Shown here piece after piece: positions 26,482 to 36,393 of a stretch of 63,972 nt of DNA. This stretch comes from Acidobacteriota bacterium (GTDB lineage Bacteria > Acidobacteriota > UBA4820 > DSQY01). The notes beneath the pieces are model-generated. The model saw nothing but the letters and a program-made list of their open reading frames with translations. It searched no databases and was not told where the DNA came from. Position 1 is the stretch's first letter. Each line of letters begins with the position of its first letter. The position numbers and the translations under genes were made by a program. The stretch lies in the NCBI GenBank assembly GCA_037443845.1, contig JBBINO010000002.1, positions 26,468 to 90,439 of the forward strand, in the 5' to 3' direction.

Positions 26482-27021
26482 TCAGTCCCCGCCTTCCATG
26501 ATGGCGCTGACGAGGGAGCGGGCGAAGTCGCGGGCGATCACGTCGTAGGCGGCGGCTTCATCGGATATATAGGCCGACGGCAGGGCGGAGCGTTCGTAAA
26601 GCTCCTCGAACATGAATCCGTCGGACTTGAAGAGCACCTTCCCCGCCGAATCGGTGACGGTGACCCTCGCGGCCATCTGGACGCGGTAGCGGTTCGCCAG
26701 GCCGGTCGCCGGGTCGTATGAAACCGGGGAGGACGAATAGGCTGTCAGCGTCCCTTTCAGCACCGCGTCGGCGCCGGCTGAGGTGGACTGGACCTTTATT
26801 CGAGCCCGCTGCACGAGTTCTCGCGTTACCGCTTCGGTGACTCGCTGGTCCAACTCGAGAACTGGAATCTGCCTGTCAAAGGGAAGAACGGCCATCGTCT
26901 TGATGGCTGGCGGAAGCGCCCCTCCCCTGCCCTGTAAGTGGTAGCCGCAGGCGGCGAGAAGAAGAAGGGCCGCGGCGCAAACCGGAGAAATCACGAAATG
27001 GTTCTTAAAGAAGGTTGGCAA
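26482..27021 (-). CDS. lptE: LPS-assembly lipoprotein LptE
   Basis: It sits immediately downstream of leuS, which is the conserved leuS-lptE order. The lipobox is LLLAACGYHLQG. The body reads like an LptE fold (TMAVLPFDRQ...AVLKGTL...RYRVQMAARVTV). No good ATG exists. TTG 27021 and GTG 26994 are candidate starts. The track ORF to 27486 runs into leuS and is rejected. Confidence 0.6.
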   Translation of the reverse strand: MPTFFKNHFVISPVCAAALLLLAACGYHLQGRGGALPPAIKTMAVLPFDRQIPVLELDQRVTEAVTRELVQRARIKVQSTSAGADAVLKGTLTAYSSSPVSYDPATGLANRYRVQMAARVTVTDSAGKVLFKSDGFMFEELYERSALPSAYISDEAAAYDVIARDFARSLVSAIMEGGD

Positions 27022-27086
27022 ACCGAGGAAACGACCTTGCCTCTCATCGGGTCTCAACTTCCCGCCTCCTTGCCCCTCTGAAAAGT

Positions 27087-29546
27087 TCACCCCTTCACCA
27101 CCAGGTTGACGATGCGCTCTTTGACAACGAGTTCTTTCACGATCGCCTTGCCTTCGATGTGGGCTTTGACCTTGGGATTCTCTTTGGCCGCGGCCAACAC
27201 CTCTTGGTCGGAAAGGCCGCGAGCCACCGTAATCTGCCCCCTCAGCTTTCCATTGACCTGGACGGCCAGCGTGACCTCGTCTTCCGTCGCGATCTTGGCG
27301 TCGAAGGAGGGCCATGGCCCGAGGACGAGAAACCCTTCGTGGCCGAGCTTCTCCCACAGCTCGTCGCAGAGGTGCGGAGCGAACGGCGAGAGCATTGTGA
27401 CGAGGGCCTCCACCGATTCCTTGAGTGCGAAGCGCTCTTCCGGCGTCTGGCGGAAGCCGGAAAGAAAGGCCTGCTGGGCGTTGCAAAGCTCCATCAGCGC
27501 GGCTATGGCGGTGTTTAGTTTCAGCCGCTCGGCAAGCTCGGCCGTCACGCGCCCCACCGTCTGGTGCGTCTTCCTTCTGAGCGCAAGCCCCTCGCCGTCA
27601 CGGGGCGGCGTCACTGGCCCGCCAAGGTAAGGGAGCGCCTCTTCCACGACGTCATAAACCCTGTTCAGAAAGCGCGCCGCCCCTTCGGCCCCGGACTCCT
27701 TCCAGTCCAGCTGGTCCCACGGGGGCGAAAGGAAAAGGATGTTGAGCCTTACGGCGTCGGCGCCGTAGCGCTCTATCATGGCGTCCGGGTCAACGATGTT
27801 GCCGAGGCTCTTGGACATCTTGGCGCCGTCCTTGATGACCATGCCCTGGCACATGAGCCTCCTGGCGGGCTCTCCGAATGGAATCAGCCCCAGGTCGCGA
27901 AGCACCATGGTGAAGAAGCGGAAGTAGATGAGGTGCATCGTGGCGTGCTCGATGCCGCCGATGTAAAAGTCTATCGGCGCCCAGTAGCTGGCCGCCTCCT
28001 GGCTGAAAGCCCGTCCTTTTTCCTTGGGGCTGGTGTAGCGAAGGAAGTACCACGAAGAGTCAACGAAGGTGTCCATCGTGTCGGTTTCGCGCTTGGCTGG
28101 CCCGCCACACTTGGGGCACTTGGCGTTCACGAAGCCGGCGACACGCGCCAGCGGGCTTTCGCCTTTGCCCGTGAGCGGGACGTCGTAGGGGAGAAGGACC
28201 GGAAGCTCCTTTTCCGGGACCGGGACGGTTCCGCACGATTCGCAGTTGACCACGGGAATCGGCGTCCCCCAGTACCTCTGGCGGGAAATCCCCCAGTCCT
28301 TCAGCCTGAAGGTGACGGCGGCCTCGCCAAACCCTTCGGCGGCCGCCTTGGCGGCCATCACCTTCATCGCCTCCCTGTTGTTCATGCCCGTGAACGGGCC
28401 GCTCTCTTCAAGAAGCCCGTCCAGCGGGGAAGCCTCTTTCATCCCCTCAACTGTAAGCCCGCCAGGCTGCACGACGACTCTCACGGGCAAACCGTACTGG
28501 CGGGCGAACTCGAAGTCGCGTTGGTCGTGCGCAGGGACGCTCATGATCGCGCCCGTGCCGTATTCCATCAGGACGAAGTTGGCCAGGTAGACCGGTATCC
28601 TCTCTTTCGAGAACGGATTCACCGCGAACGATCCGGTGAAGACGCCCTTCTTCTCCTTGGAAGTGGCCCTATCGTGGGTGCTCTGTCCCCTCATGGCCGC
28701 CTTGAAGGATTCGACCTCGCTCTTTTGCGCGGCGCTCGCCAGCGCCGAAGCCATCGGGTGCTCCGGCGCGAGGACGACGCAAGTGGCGCCGTAGATGGTG
28801 TCTATCCTCGTGGTGAATACCTTTATCTTCTCCGGACGCCCGTCAACGGCGAAGTCAACGTAGGCTCCCTCCGAGCGGCCGATCCAGTTCCTCTGCATCG
28901 CCACGACTTCCGCTGGCCACTCCGGCAAAGAGGCGAGTCCCCCAAGAAGCTCGTTCGAGTAGTCGCTGATTCTCAAGAACCACTGTTCCATCTCTTTCAA
29001 TTCGACGGCGCTGTGGCATCGCCAGCAAGTTCCGTCCTCCACCTGCTCGTTGGCAAGCACCGTCTTGCAACCGGGGCACCAGTTGACGCGGCGCTTTGCC
29101 TTGTAGGCGAGGCTGCGCTCGAACATCTTGAGGAAGAACCACTGGTTCCACCGGTAGTACTCTGGCTCGCAGGTCCTGACCTCGCGCCCCCAATCGTACA
29201 TGAGGCCCATCCTGTCGAGTTGGACTTTCATGGCCGCGATATTCGAGTCGGTCCACTCCTTCGGGTGCGCCTGGCCCTTGATGGCGGCGTTCTCGGCGGG
29301 AAGGCCGAATGCGTCGAAGCCCATCGGGTGGAGCACGTTCTCCCCGCGCATCCTGTGAAACCTCGCCACCACGTCGCCTATCGTGTAGTTGCGGACGTGC
29401 CCCATGTGAATCCGCCCCGACGGGTACATGAACATTTCGAGGCAATAGTACTTCGGAACCCCCGGCTTTTCTTCCATCTTGAAGAGGTTCGCGCCGCGCC
29501 ATTTTTCCTGGACGCGAGCCTCCGTGTCGTGCGGATCGTAAACCAT
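27087..29546 (-). CDS. leuS: leucyl-tRNA synthetase
   Basis: The product is 819 aa. The HIGH motif reads PSGRIHMGHVRNY and the KMSKS motif reads GAKMSKSLGN. A CP1 editing domain and Zn-type Cys pairs are present. Confidence 0.97.
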   Translation of the reverse strand: MVYDPHDTEARVQEKWRGANLFKMEEKPGVPKYYCLEMFMYPSGRIHMGHVRNYTIGDVVARFHRMRGENVLHPMGFDAFGLPAENAAIKGQAHPKEWTDSNIAAMKVQLDRMGLMYDWGREVRTCEPEYYRWNQWFFLKMFERSLAYKAKRRVNWCPGCKTVLANEQVEDGTCWRCHSAVELKEMEQWFLRISDYSNELLGGLASLPEWPAEVVAMQRNWIGRSEGAYVDFAVDGRPEKIKVFTTRIDTIYGATCVVLAPEHPMASALASAAQKSEVESFKAAMRGQSTHDRATSKEKKGVFTGSFAVNPFSKERIPVYLANFVLMEYGTGAIMSVPAHDQRDFEFARQYGLPVRVVVQPGGLTVEGMKEASPLDGLLEESGPFTGMNNREAMKVMAAKAAAEGFGEAAVTFRLKDWGISRQRYWGTPIPVVNCESCGTVPVPEKELPVLLPYDVPLTGKGESPLARVAGFVNAKCPKCGGPAKRETDTMDTFVDSSWYFLRYTSPKEKGRAFSQEAASYWAPIDFYIGGIEHATMHLIYFRFFTMVLRDLGLIPFGEPARRLMCQGMVIKDGAKMSKSLGNIVDPDAMIERYGADAVRLNILFLSPPWDQLDWKESGAEGAARFLNRVYDVVEEALPYLGGPVTPPRDGEGLALRRKTHQTVGRVTAELAERLKLNTAIAALMELCNAQQAFLSGFRQTPEERFALKESVEALVTMLSPFAPHLCDELWEKLGHEGFLVLGPWPSFDAKIATEDEVTLAVQVNGKLRGQITVARGLSDQEVLAAAKENPKVKAHIEGKAIVKELVVKERIVNLVVKG

Positions 29547-29558
29547 GACTCCTTCCCC

Positions 29559-30704
29559 TTACTGTCCAAGAAGCGACCGGGCGATGACCATTCTCTGGAC
29601 CTCGCTGGTCCCCTCGTAGATCGTGGTCACCCGGACGTCCCTGTAAAACCTTTCCACGGCGTACTCGGCGCTGTAACCGTAAGCGCCGTGAACTTGGACG
29701 GCGGCGTCGCAGACCCTCTTGGCGGCTTCGCTCGCGAAAAGCTTCGCCATGCTCGAGGCGCGCGAGAGGCCATGCCCCTTCGCGTCCCTCAAAGCCGCGG
29801 CCTTCATGGTCATCAGGCGCGCCGCCTCTATCTCCGTCCCCATCTCGGCGATCATGAAGCCTATCGCCTGGTGTTCCTTCAAGGGCTTTCCGAACGTTTC
29901 GCGCTGCCCGGCGTACTTCGCCGCCTCCTCGAAGGCGCCTTGCGCAATACCAACCGACTGCGCGGCGATGCCGATCCGCGACCCGTCGAGCGTCGTCAGC
30001 GCCACGCGCAGCCCCATGCCCTCGTTGCCGAGCAGGTTCGCGGCCGGTACTTCGCAATCCTCGAACGATATCCCCGAGGTGACCGAGGCCCTGAGCCCCA
30101 TCTTGTGCTCGACCGGAAGAAACTCGAAGCCCGGAAATGACGGCTCGACGATGAAAGCCGAGACGCCCTTCGGCCCCTTCGAGGGATCCGTAGCGGCGAG
30201 GACGACGAAAACCTTCCCGTAATGGGTGTTCGTTATCCAGGCCTTCGCGCCGTTGAGGATGTACTTGTCCCCCCGCTTCTCGGCGCGCGTCTTCAACGCC
30301 CCGGCGTCCGAGCCGGAACCAGGCTCGGTCAGGCCAAACCCGCCAATCCGCTCGCCCTTCGCCAATGGTGGCAGGTATTTCTTCTTCTGCTCCTCGTTTC
30401 CAAACATCAGGATCGGATCCTGGCAAACGGAATTGGTCACCGATACGGTCACCGCCGTCGAAGGGCAGACGCGGGCAAGCTCCTCGATGGCCAGCGCGTA
30501 AGTGACGTTGTCCAGACCCGCCCCGCCGTATTTTTCAGGGACGAGCATCCCTAAAAGGCCAAGCTCCGCGAGGCCCGGGAGCAGCTCTTCAACGAAGCGC
30601 CCCTCCTGATCACGCTTCATCACGCCCGGACGGATCTTCGTTTCGGCGAAATCGCGAACCATGCCGCGAATCATCTGTTGGTCTGAATTGAGCTCGAAAT
30701 CCAT
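29559..30704 (-). CDS. acyl-CoA dehydrogenase (short/medium-chain type)
   Basis: GGFGLTEPGSGSDAG, KAWITN, QVHGAYGYSAEYAVERFYRDVRVTTIYEGTSEVQ are canonical ACAD motifs. The start was set at ATG 30704 after GGAGGAGAAAGG. Confidence 0.93.
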   Translation of the reverse strand: MDFELNSDQQMIRGMVRDFAETKIRPGVMKRDQEGRFVEELLPGLAELGLLGMLVPEKYGGAGLDNVTYALAIEELARVCPSTAVTVSVTNSVCQDPILMFGNEEQKKKYLPPLAKGERIGGFGLTEPGSGSDAGALKTRAEKRGDKYILNGAKAWITNTHYGKVFVVLAATDPSKGPKGVSAFIVEPSFPGFEFLPVEHKMGLRASVTSGISFEDCEVPAANLLGNEGMGLRVALTTLDGSRIGIAAQSVGIAQGAFEEAAKYAGQRETFGKPLKEHQAIGFMIAEMGTEIEAARLMTMKAAALRDAKGHGLSRASSMAKLFASEAAKRVCDAAVQVHGAYGYSAEYAVERFYRDVRVTTIYEGTSEVQRMVIARSLLGQ

Positions 30705-30929
30705 CCTTTCTCCTCCGCGCGCCCGCCAACCCGCGCCATCGCGCCTATTGTACACGCGAACCGATTGCGATGCACACCCGGCCCGGCGCGCAGGCTACGG
30801 GGCGCCGCGGCCTCGTGGGTGACTTTTGTCTTGCCCGGAGCTAGAATCTGCTCTTCCGGCGCCGCTTTTCTGGCGCCGCAGTCCGGCAGTCGCGGCCGAG
30901 GGATCGCGGCATCGAAAGGATGGATCGAG

Positions 30930-32909
30930 ATGCTCAGGAGGAAATCTGGAATCCCGCTGGCCGGCGCAATGGCGCTGGCGCTGGCGGCCGCGCCGCTTTT
31001 GGCATTCGGCCAAAAGCCGCCCGAGGCGCTCTCCAAGGTCACGGCCGAGGCATACCCGGGCGCCGGCGCCGTCATCGTCAATGACGAGACGAACGTTGAC
31101 GTCGAGGAGAGCGGCCTCTCCCACGTCACGAAGACGAAACTCGTGAAGGTTCTCACGGACGCAGGGGCGGCAAGCTATGCTTCGATCAGAACCGACTACG
31201 ATCCGGCCTCCTCGTTCGCCGAGGTCAAGAGCGCCACGGTTTACAGGGCGGACGGCAGGATCGAGCACCTTCCCCTCTCCACCGTTCTCGACCTGCCACA
31301 GCCACAGGATATGATCTATTGGGGGCCCAGGATGAAGCTGACCCCCGTCCCTAAGCTGGAACCGGGCGACGCCGTCGAGATCACCACCGTTTCCAAGGGG
31401 TTCGTCATCGCCTATCTTCGCGACGGAGGCGACGGTAGCGACGAAAGGTATATCCCTCCGATGCGCGGCCACTACTACGACGTCGTGCTCTTCCAGGCCG
31501 ACCTTCCCATAGTCCGCAAGTCGTACACCATAACGCTGCCCAAAGACAAGCCCATCAACGCGAAGGTCTACCACGGCGAGCTTGGCTTCAGCTCCTCCTT
31601 CAGTGACAAGGGACTGACTTACTCGTGGTGGAAGAACGACGTGCCGGCGATCGAGCGCGAGCCCAGGATGGTTGACGACGGCGATGCGATGCCCAAGCTG
31701 GTGCTGGCGACGGTCCCGGACTGGCCGGCGAAGAGCCGGTGGTTTTACAAGGTAAACGAGGAGGCGAAGGCGTTCGAATGGAACGATGCCATAAAGCGCA
31801 AGGTCGCGGAGCTTACCGCCGGCCTCAAGACCGACGACGAGAAACGGGCGGCGCTTCTGGACTGGGTGGCGAAGCAGATCCGCTATTCAGGAATCTCGAT
31901 GGGCAAGGGGGAAGGCTACACGCTCCATCCCGGAATCATGACTTTCAACGACCGCTGCGGGGTCTGCAAGGACATCGCCGGGATGCTCATAACGATGTTC
32001 AGGGCCGCGGGCTACACAGCCTACCCCGCCATGACGGAGGCGGTGGCCAAGGTCGAGGAGGTTCCGGCCGACCAGTTCGACCACTGCGTCGTCGCCTGCG
32101 AGATCAAGCCTAACGTCTACAAGCTCTACGACCCGACCTGGTGCCCTTTCAGCTCCGAGATATGGTCCAGCGCCGAGAAGCCGCAGGACTATGACATCGG
32201 CTCGCCCAGGGGCGAGGAACTGATGCAGACGCCACCGGCGCCGCCAGAGGACAACTTCGTCAAGGTCGTATCGAAGGCTGCACTCTCGGTCTCCGGCGAT
32301 TTGGAAGGAACGTTCACCATTACCGGCGGCCACTACAGCGAGACCAACCTTCGATGGAGCGTCGTCAACAACAACGCCCGCAACGTAGGGCCAATGTTCG
32401 AGGAGTGGCTGAGCCGCCTGTCGCCAAGGGCCGAGTTGGTCTCCTACAAGACGACGGACGCCGTTGATGTGAAGACGCCATTCGTGATAACCCTTGCCTA
32501 CCGAGTGCCCGGCTACGCCATGGCTTCAAGCGGCGCCCTGTACTTCAAGCTCCCCGTCGCCCAGAACATAGTCAGCAACAGGCGGCTGACCGACTTCGCC
32601 GCGGCGGCGACTCCAGTGAAAAAGAGAAATTACGGCCTCTTCCTCAGGTCTTCGAGGCAATTCATCTTCGAGGAGACGCTCTCGCTTCCGCAGGGGTACA
32701 AGCTCGGATCGGTTCCCAAGGCCACGGCCAAGGACGGCGCGGCGGCCTCGTTCGATGGCTCCGCCGCCTTCAAGAACGGTTCAGTCGTGACGAACGAGAA
32801 GCTCACCGTCAAGAAGAAGATAATCCCGGCCGATGAACAGCCGAGCCTTGCGGAGGCGTGGGAAGCCATGAATGCATTCGGCGGCGAGCTTTGCGCCGCG
32901 GGAAAGTGA
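30930..32909 (+). CDS. secreted DUF3857 / transglutaminase-like / DUF3858 protein (paralogue 1)
   Basis: It has a signal peptide (ALALAAAPLLAFG). The N-terminal beta domain shows the DUF3857 pattern (YPGAGAVIVNDETNVDV). The transglutaminase core has the Cys box GVCKDIAGMLITMFRAAG and the downstream HCVV...YDPT. Confidence 0.72.
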   Translation: MLRRKSGIPLAGAMALALAAAPLLAFGQKPPEALSKVTAEAYPGAGAVIVNDETNVDVEESGLSHVTKTKLVKVLTDAGAASYASIRTDYDPASSFAEVKSATVYRADGRIEHLPLSTVLDLPQPQDMIYWGPRMKLTPVPKLEPGDAVEITTVSKGFVIAYLRDGGDGSDERYIPPMRGHYYDVVLFQADLPIVRKSYTITLPKDKPINAKVYHGELGFSSSFSDKGLTYSWWKNDVPAIEREPRMVDDGDAMPKLVLATVPDWPAKSRWFYKVNEEAKAFEWNDAIKRKVAELTAGLKTDDEKRAALLDWVAKQIRYSGISMGKGEGYTLHPGIMTFNDRCGVCKDIAGMLITMFRAAGYTAYPAMTEAVAKVEEVPADQFDHCVVACEIKPNVYKLYDPTWCPFSSEIWSSAEKPQDYDIGSPRGEELMQTPPAPPEDNFVKVVSKAALSVSGDLEGTFTITGGHYSETNLRWSVVNNNARNVGPMFEEWLSRLSPRAELVSYKTTDAVDVKTPFVITLAYRVPGYAMASSGALYFKLPVAQNIVSNRRLTDFAAAATPVKKRNYGLFLRSSRQFIFEETLSLPQGYKLGSVPKATAKDGAAASFDGSAAFKNGSVVTNEKLTVKKKIIPADEQPSLAEAWEAMNAFGGELCAAGK

Positions 32910-32920
32910 GCGGGGCCAAG

Positions 32921-34807
32921 ATGAGAAGGAAAGCGTTCAACCTGATCTTCGCGGCGGCTGCCGGCATGGCTCTTATGGCTTTCGCCCAGGCCTCCAAGTA
33001 CGCCGGCGCGCCCGGAGCCAAGGAGTATCCCTCCAGCGACGCGGTCATCCTTTCGGAGACGATCGAATACACGATGGAGCCGGACGGCCGGGTCACCGAG
33101 AACTATTTCAGGGCCGAAAAGGTCCTCACCTACCAGGGAATGGACCTGATCGGCGATCCGAAAGTGGCGTTCAACAAGGAGAACCAGGAACTGAAGGACT
33201 ACTCGCTGACGACCTACACCCCGGACGGGCGCATCGTCGAGGCGAAGGCAAACTCCTTCAACGAGATGACTCCTTTCGAGCTTGAGAAGGCCCCGGCCTA
33301 CATGGCGTGGCGCCAGATGGTGATGACCAAGGTGGGCCTAGACCTAGGCGCCGTCGTCGAAACTCGCTACGTGCTCAGCGACAAAATACCCTGGCGCCAT
33401 TTTTTCGAAGGCGAAACCTATTTCGCCGGCCCATTCCCGTGCGTCAACCGGGTGGTTAAGATCTCCGTCCCGAAGGGAACGGTCTTGAACTACGCCTTTG
33501 AGAACGGCCATCTGAAGCCGGAGGAGAACGATTCAGGCGCCTTCACAACCTACACGTGGAAAATGGAAGGGGCTAGACAGTACACCCTGGCGCGCTCAAC
33601 CGCCGCGGAAATCGCCGCGCTGCCGCACCTCGTATTCACCACCTGCAAAAGCTGGAAGGAGGCGAACGAGTACGCCGGTGGCCTCGTTGACAAGGCCGTA
33701 GGCCAAAGCTCCAGGGAGCTTCGGAAGAAGGCCGCCGAAATTACCGCAAAGTCGTCAACAGCATTCGAGAAGGCCAGCGCGATAGAAGACTACGTGGCGG
33801 ATGACATTCCGCAGGTCGAGTGGCCCGTTTACCTGACTGGCTTCGTCCCGCGAGCCGCCGCCGAAGTTTTCGAGAGCGGGTACGGCACGCAGCTGGACAA
33901 GGCCGTCTTGCTCTGCGCCATGCTGAGAGAGGCCGGCATCGCCGCCGCGCCCGCCGCCTGCGGCTTGGCCATCCCCGGAATCGAGGAGGCCGGGGACGCC
34001 CCTTCGCTTTCCAGGCTCGACCAGATCATCGTCCGAGCCACCGTTGACGGGAAGGCTCTCTGGCTCGACCCGTGCGCCAGGCTAAGCGAAAAGTCACAGC
34101 GGAATTTTCAGGACTGCAAGGTGCTGCCACTCACCGCCGGCCATGGCGAGCTTGAAGCGCTGGCGCCCGCCGGTGACACGAGCAGCCTCGGCTCCGACCT
34201 TCACGTCACTCTGGCGAAGGATTTCTCCTACTCCGGCGAAGGCACCTTCGTCTTCTCTGGAAACTACTCCACCTATTACGCCGCGCAAGGCTCCGGCAAG
34301 GCGCTGAAAACAGCCGTGGAGCGGTGGCTCGCTTCCGCCCTGCCGGGAAGCGAACTGGTCTCTTCGAGCGTCAACACCATGTCACCCGAGAAAGTGAGCG
34401 TCAAGGTCACCTTCAAGGGAGAGGCGAAGAAGGCGGGCAAGGGGCTGCGCTCGCTGGAACCTGGCCTCCCTCCAGGCTCCCTGCTCGCCTTTGCCGGCCG
34501 GATGTCAAGCCAGGAGCGCGGCCTTCCGCTACTGCTCCCTTTCCCCGGCCACGAGGAAGCCGTGTTCACGCTTGAGATTCCCGGCGGCCTCAAGCCCGCC
34601 TACGTTCCCGGCCCCCTGAAGAAAGGCGGCGCCGGCGCGGCGGCGGCGCTCGACTGGACCGGCGGCGGCAAGGAGGTTAGAATGCGATTCGTGGCCGACG
34701 TTCCGGCCCGGGTGGTAAGGCCGGGCGGTTACCCGGCGTTCAGAAGCCTTTGCGCGGCCCTCTCGGCCGAAAGCTCCAGGACGCTCCTTTTCAAAGAAAC
34801 CGATTGA
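32921..34807 (+). CDS. secreted DUF3857 / transglutaminase-like protein (paralogue 2, catalytic Cys box not evident)
   Basis: The architecture matches the upstream gene (YPSSDAVILSETIEYTM...). The transglutaminase-like region reads GTQLDKAVLLCAMLREAG, which lacks the G-x-C-x-D/H box. It starts 12 nt after the paralogue-1 stop. Confidence 0.68.
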   Translation: MRRKAFNLIFAAAAGMALMAFAQASKYAGAPGAKEYPSSDAVILSETIEYTMEPDGRVTENYFRAEKVLTYQGMDLIGDPKVAFNKENQELKDYSLTTYTPDGRIVEAKANSFNEMTPFELEKAPAYMAWRQMVMTKVGLDLGAVVETRYVLSDKIPWRHFFEGETYFAGPFPCVNRVVKISVPKGTVLNYAFENGHLKPEENDSGAFTTYTWKMEGARQYTLARSTAAEIAALPHLVFTTCKSWKEANEYAGGLVDKAVGQSSRELRKKAAEITAKSSTAFEKASAIEDYVADDIPQVEWPVYLTGFVPRAAAEVFESGYGTQLDKAVLLCAMLREAGIAAAPAACGLAIPGIEEAGDAPSLSRLDQIIVRATVDGKALWLDPCARLSEKSQRNFQDCKVLPLTAGHGELEALAPAGDTSSLGSDLHVTLAKDFSYSGEGTFVFSGNYSTYYAAQGSGKALKTAVERWLASALPGSELVSSSVNTMSPEKVSVKVTFKGEAKKAGKGLRSLEPGLPPGSLLAFAGRMSSQERGLPLLLPFPGHEEAVFTLEIPGGLKPAYVPGPLKKGGAGAAAALDWTGGGKEVRMRFVADVPARVVRPGGYPAFRSLCAALSAESSRTLLFKETD

Positions 34808-34840
34808 CGCCGCCCGCGCAGCGGGCGCGATGAGGAGCAG

Positions 34841-34872
34841 GAGGCCGGCGGCGGCAGCCCGCCGCCGGCCTC
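34841..34872 (+). terminator. very strong GC hairpin between transglutaminase paralogue 2 and pcm
   Basis: GAGGCCGGCGGCGG-CAGC-CCGCCGCCGGCCTC is a perfect 14-bp stem. It is preceded by a second hairpin, CGCCCGC-GCA-GCGGGCG (34810-34826). There is no T-tract, so it is not a canonical intrinsic terminator. Confidence 0.4.
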
Positions 34873-34884
34873 TCCGGAATTGAA

Positions 34885-35529
34885 ATGGCCGCCACCCCCG
34901 ATCTCAAGCGAATGGTGCGCGAGCAGATTGCGGGCGGGGGGATACGCTCCCGCCGAATCATTGGCGCCTTTCTTCGCGTTGACAGGGCGCTCTTCGTGCC
35001 TCCGGAAGCTGGAGCGCGCGCGTACGCCGACGGCCCTCTCGCCATAGGTTATGGACAGACTATAAGCCAGCCGTTGATGGTGGCGGAGATGCTGGAATCC
35101 ATCGGCCTGCGTCCCGGGCAGAAGCTCCTTGAAGTGGGCGCCGGTTCAGGGTACCTCCTCGCCCTGGCGGCGGCCATGGGCGCCCGCGTCTACGGCATCG
35201 AGCGGATCGAGGAGCTCGCCGCTCAAATCCCGGCGCGATTCAATTTGCTCGGCCTTCCCCCGCCATTACTGCGGATTGGAGATGGAAGCCTAGGCTGGCC
35301 CGACTGCTCGCCGTTCGACCGGATCGTCGTCTCGGCCGCCTGTCCCAAACCGCCGCCCGCCTTGATCGGGCAGCTTTCGGACGGGGGCGTCCTCGTCGTC
35401 CCCGCGGGAGGCCGCCGCCTGCAGAGGCTCCACCGCATTCAGATGCTTGGCGGCACGGCGTCAATCCAGGTCTCAACCCACTGCGTCTTCGTCCCTCTGA
35501 TCGGAGCGGGCGGATACGAGGAAGGATGA
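34885..35529 (+). CDS. pcm: protein-L-isoaspartate O-methyltransferase
   Basis: GYGQTISQPLMVAEMLE and LLEVGAGSGYL (the SAM motif I) are present, along with DRIVVSAA and the LVVP block. Confidence 0.92.
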   Translation: MAATPDLKRMVREQIAGGGIRSRRIIGAFLRVDRALFVPPEAGARAYADGPLAIGYGQTISQPLMVAEMLESIGLRPGQKLLEVGAGSGYLLALAAAMGARVYGIERIEELAAQIPARFNLLGLPPPLLRIGDGSLGWPDCSPFDRIVVSAACPKPPPALIGQLSDGGVLVVPAGGRRLQRLHRIQMLGGTASIQVSTHCVFVPLIGAGGYEEG

Positions 35530-35539
35530 CCGGCTTCGC

Positions 35540-36244
35540 TCACCACCCGGCGCCGCGCGGATCTTTGGCCAGCGTGATGCCGAGCTCGACGAACGAGGCC
35601 AGCGCTTCGGGATTATCAATTTCCTCCCCCAGCGAAAGAACCATCCCTTCGTCGCTCCAGAGGACCCAAAGCGCCCTTGCCCTGATTCGCCCCCCCATCG
35701 TGGCTGGAATGTATTGCATGAGCGCCCGGCGCTTGTCGGCCGTGACCACGCTCTTGGCGATTGACTCGTCCGTCGCCAAAACGGCGAAGCGCTCTTTGAA
35801 TTCCCCGTCGCCCAAATCGGGCTCGCAAAAGTTCTCCATGAGCCTTTTCAGCGGACCGGTCCCCAAACCCAATGCATCGCCGATGTTCCATCCCCACCCG
35901 GCGACCGTGCGGCCCATCGCGGACCTGAATATCTTCGCCATGTCGGCCGCGCAGATATACGCTATGCCTCCGCCGGCGGCCGCGCCCTTGCAGAAGAAGG
36001 TGGTCTGGCCACCGGAATTCTTCCTCCTGAACCGGCACTCCACGCGCCAGCCGCCCACGCCCTCGTCGCCCTCGACGTTGTACTTGACGCCCCGGCCGCC
36101 GCCTCCGCCGTAGCGCCAGCCCCTCAACAAGGCCATCTGAGCACGAGCCGCCGCGCGCTTCTTATCCTGCCTCGCTATCATAATGACGAGCGCCAGAATC
36201 CCGGCGACCACCAGCCCGGCTATAAAGAGACGACCGTTTTCCAT
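35540..36244 (-). CDS. membrane-anchored hypothetical protein
   Basis: The ATG at 36244 gives MENGRLFIAGLVVAGILALVIMIA (a TM anchor) followed by a Gly/Trp-rich soluble domain. I recognise no family. Codon usage is consistent with the backbone. Confidence 0.5.
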   Translation of the reverse strand: MENGRLFIAGLVVAGILALVIMIARQDKKRAAARAQMALLRGWRYGGGGGRGVKYNVEGDEGVGGWRVECRFRRKNSGGQTTFFCKGAAAGGGIAYICAADMAKIFRSAMGRTVAGWGWNIGDALGLGTGPLKRLMENFCEPDLGDGEFKERFAVLATDESIAKSVVTADKRRALMQYIPATMGGRIRARALWVLWSDEGMVLSLGEEIDNPEALASFVELGITLAKDPRGAGW

Positions 36245-36393
36245 GACGGCACCCCCGCTTCGAGTATAGCACGCGGCGACCCAATCCACCGCCGCGAGCT
36301 TCCGGCCCTATAGAGCCTTGAGGGCCGAGAGTAAACGGTGCCTCGCATTTTTATTCTACCTACGGCTACCGCTCCTTGAGCTCTATTCTCTTT

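Noticed and set aside
27564-30140. An 858-aa ORF on the plus strand, together with the 523-aa ORF at 28855..30426 on the minus strand.
   Set aside because: The 858-aa ORF lies antisense to leuS and the acyl-CoA dehydrogenase gene, and the 523-aa ORF lies in an alternative frame of the same strand. Both translate to Arg/Gly/Pro/Ala-rich low-information sequence typical of shadow ORFs in high-GC DNA. The overlapping genes have unambiguous family motifs.
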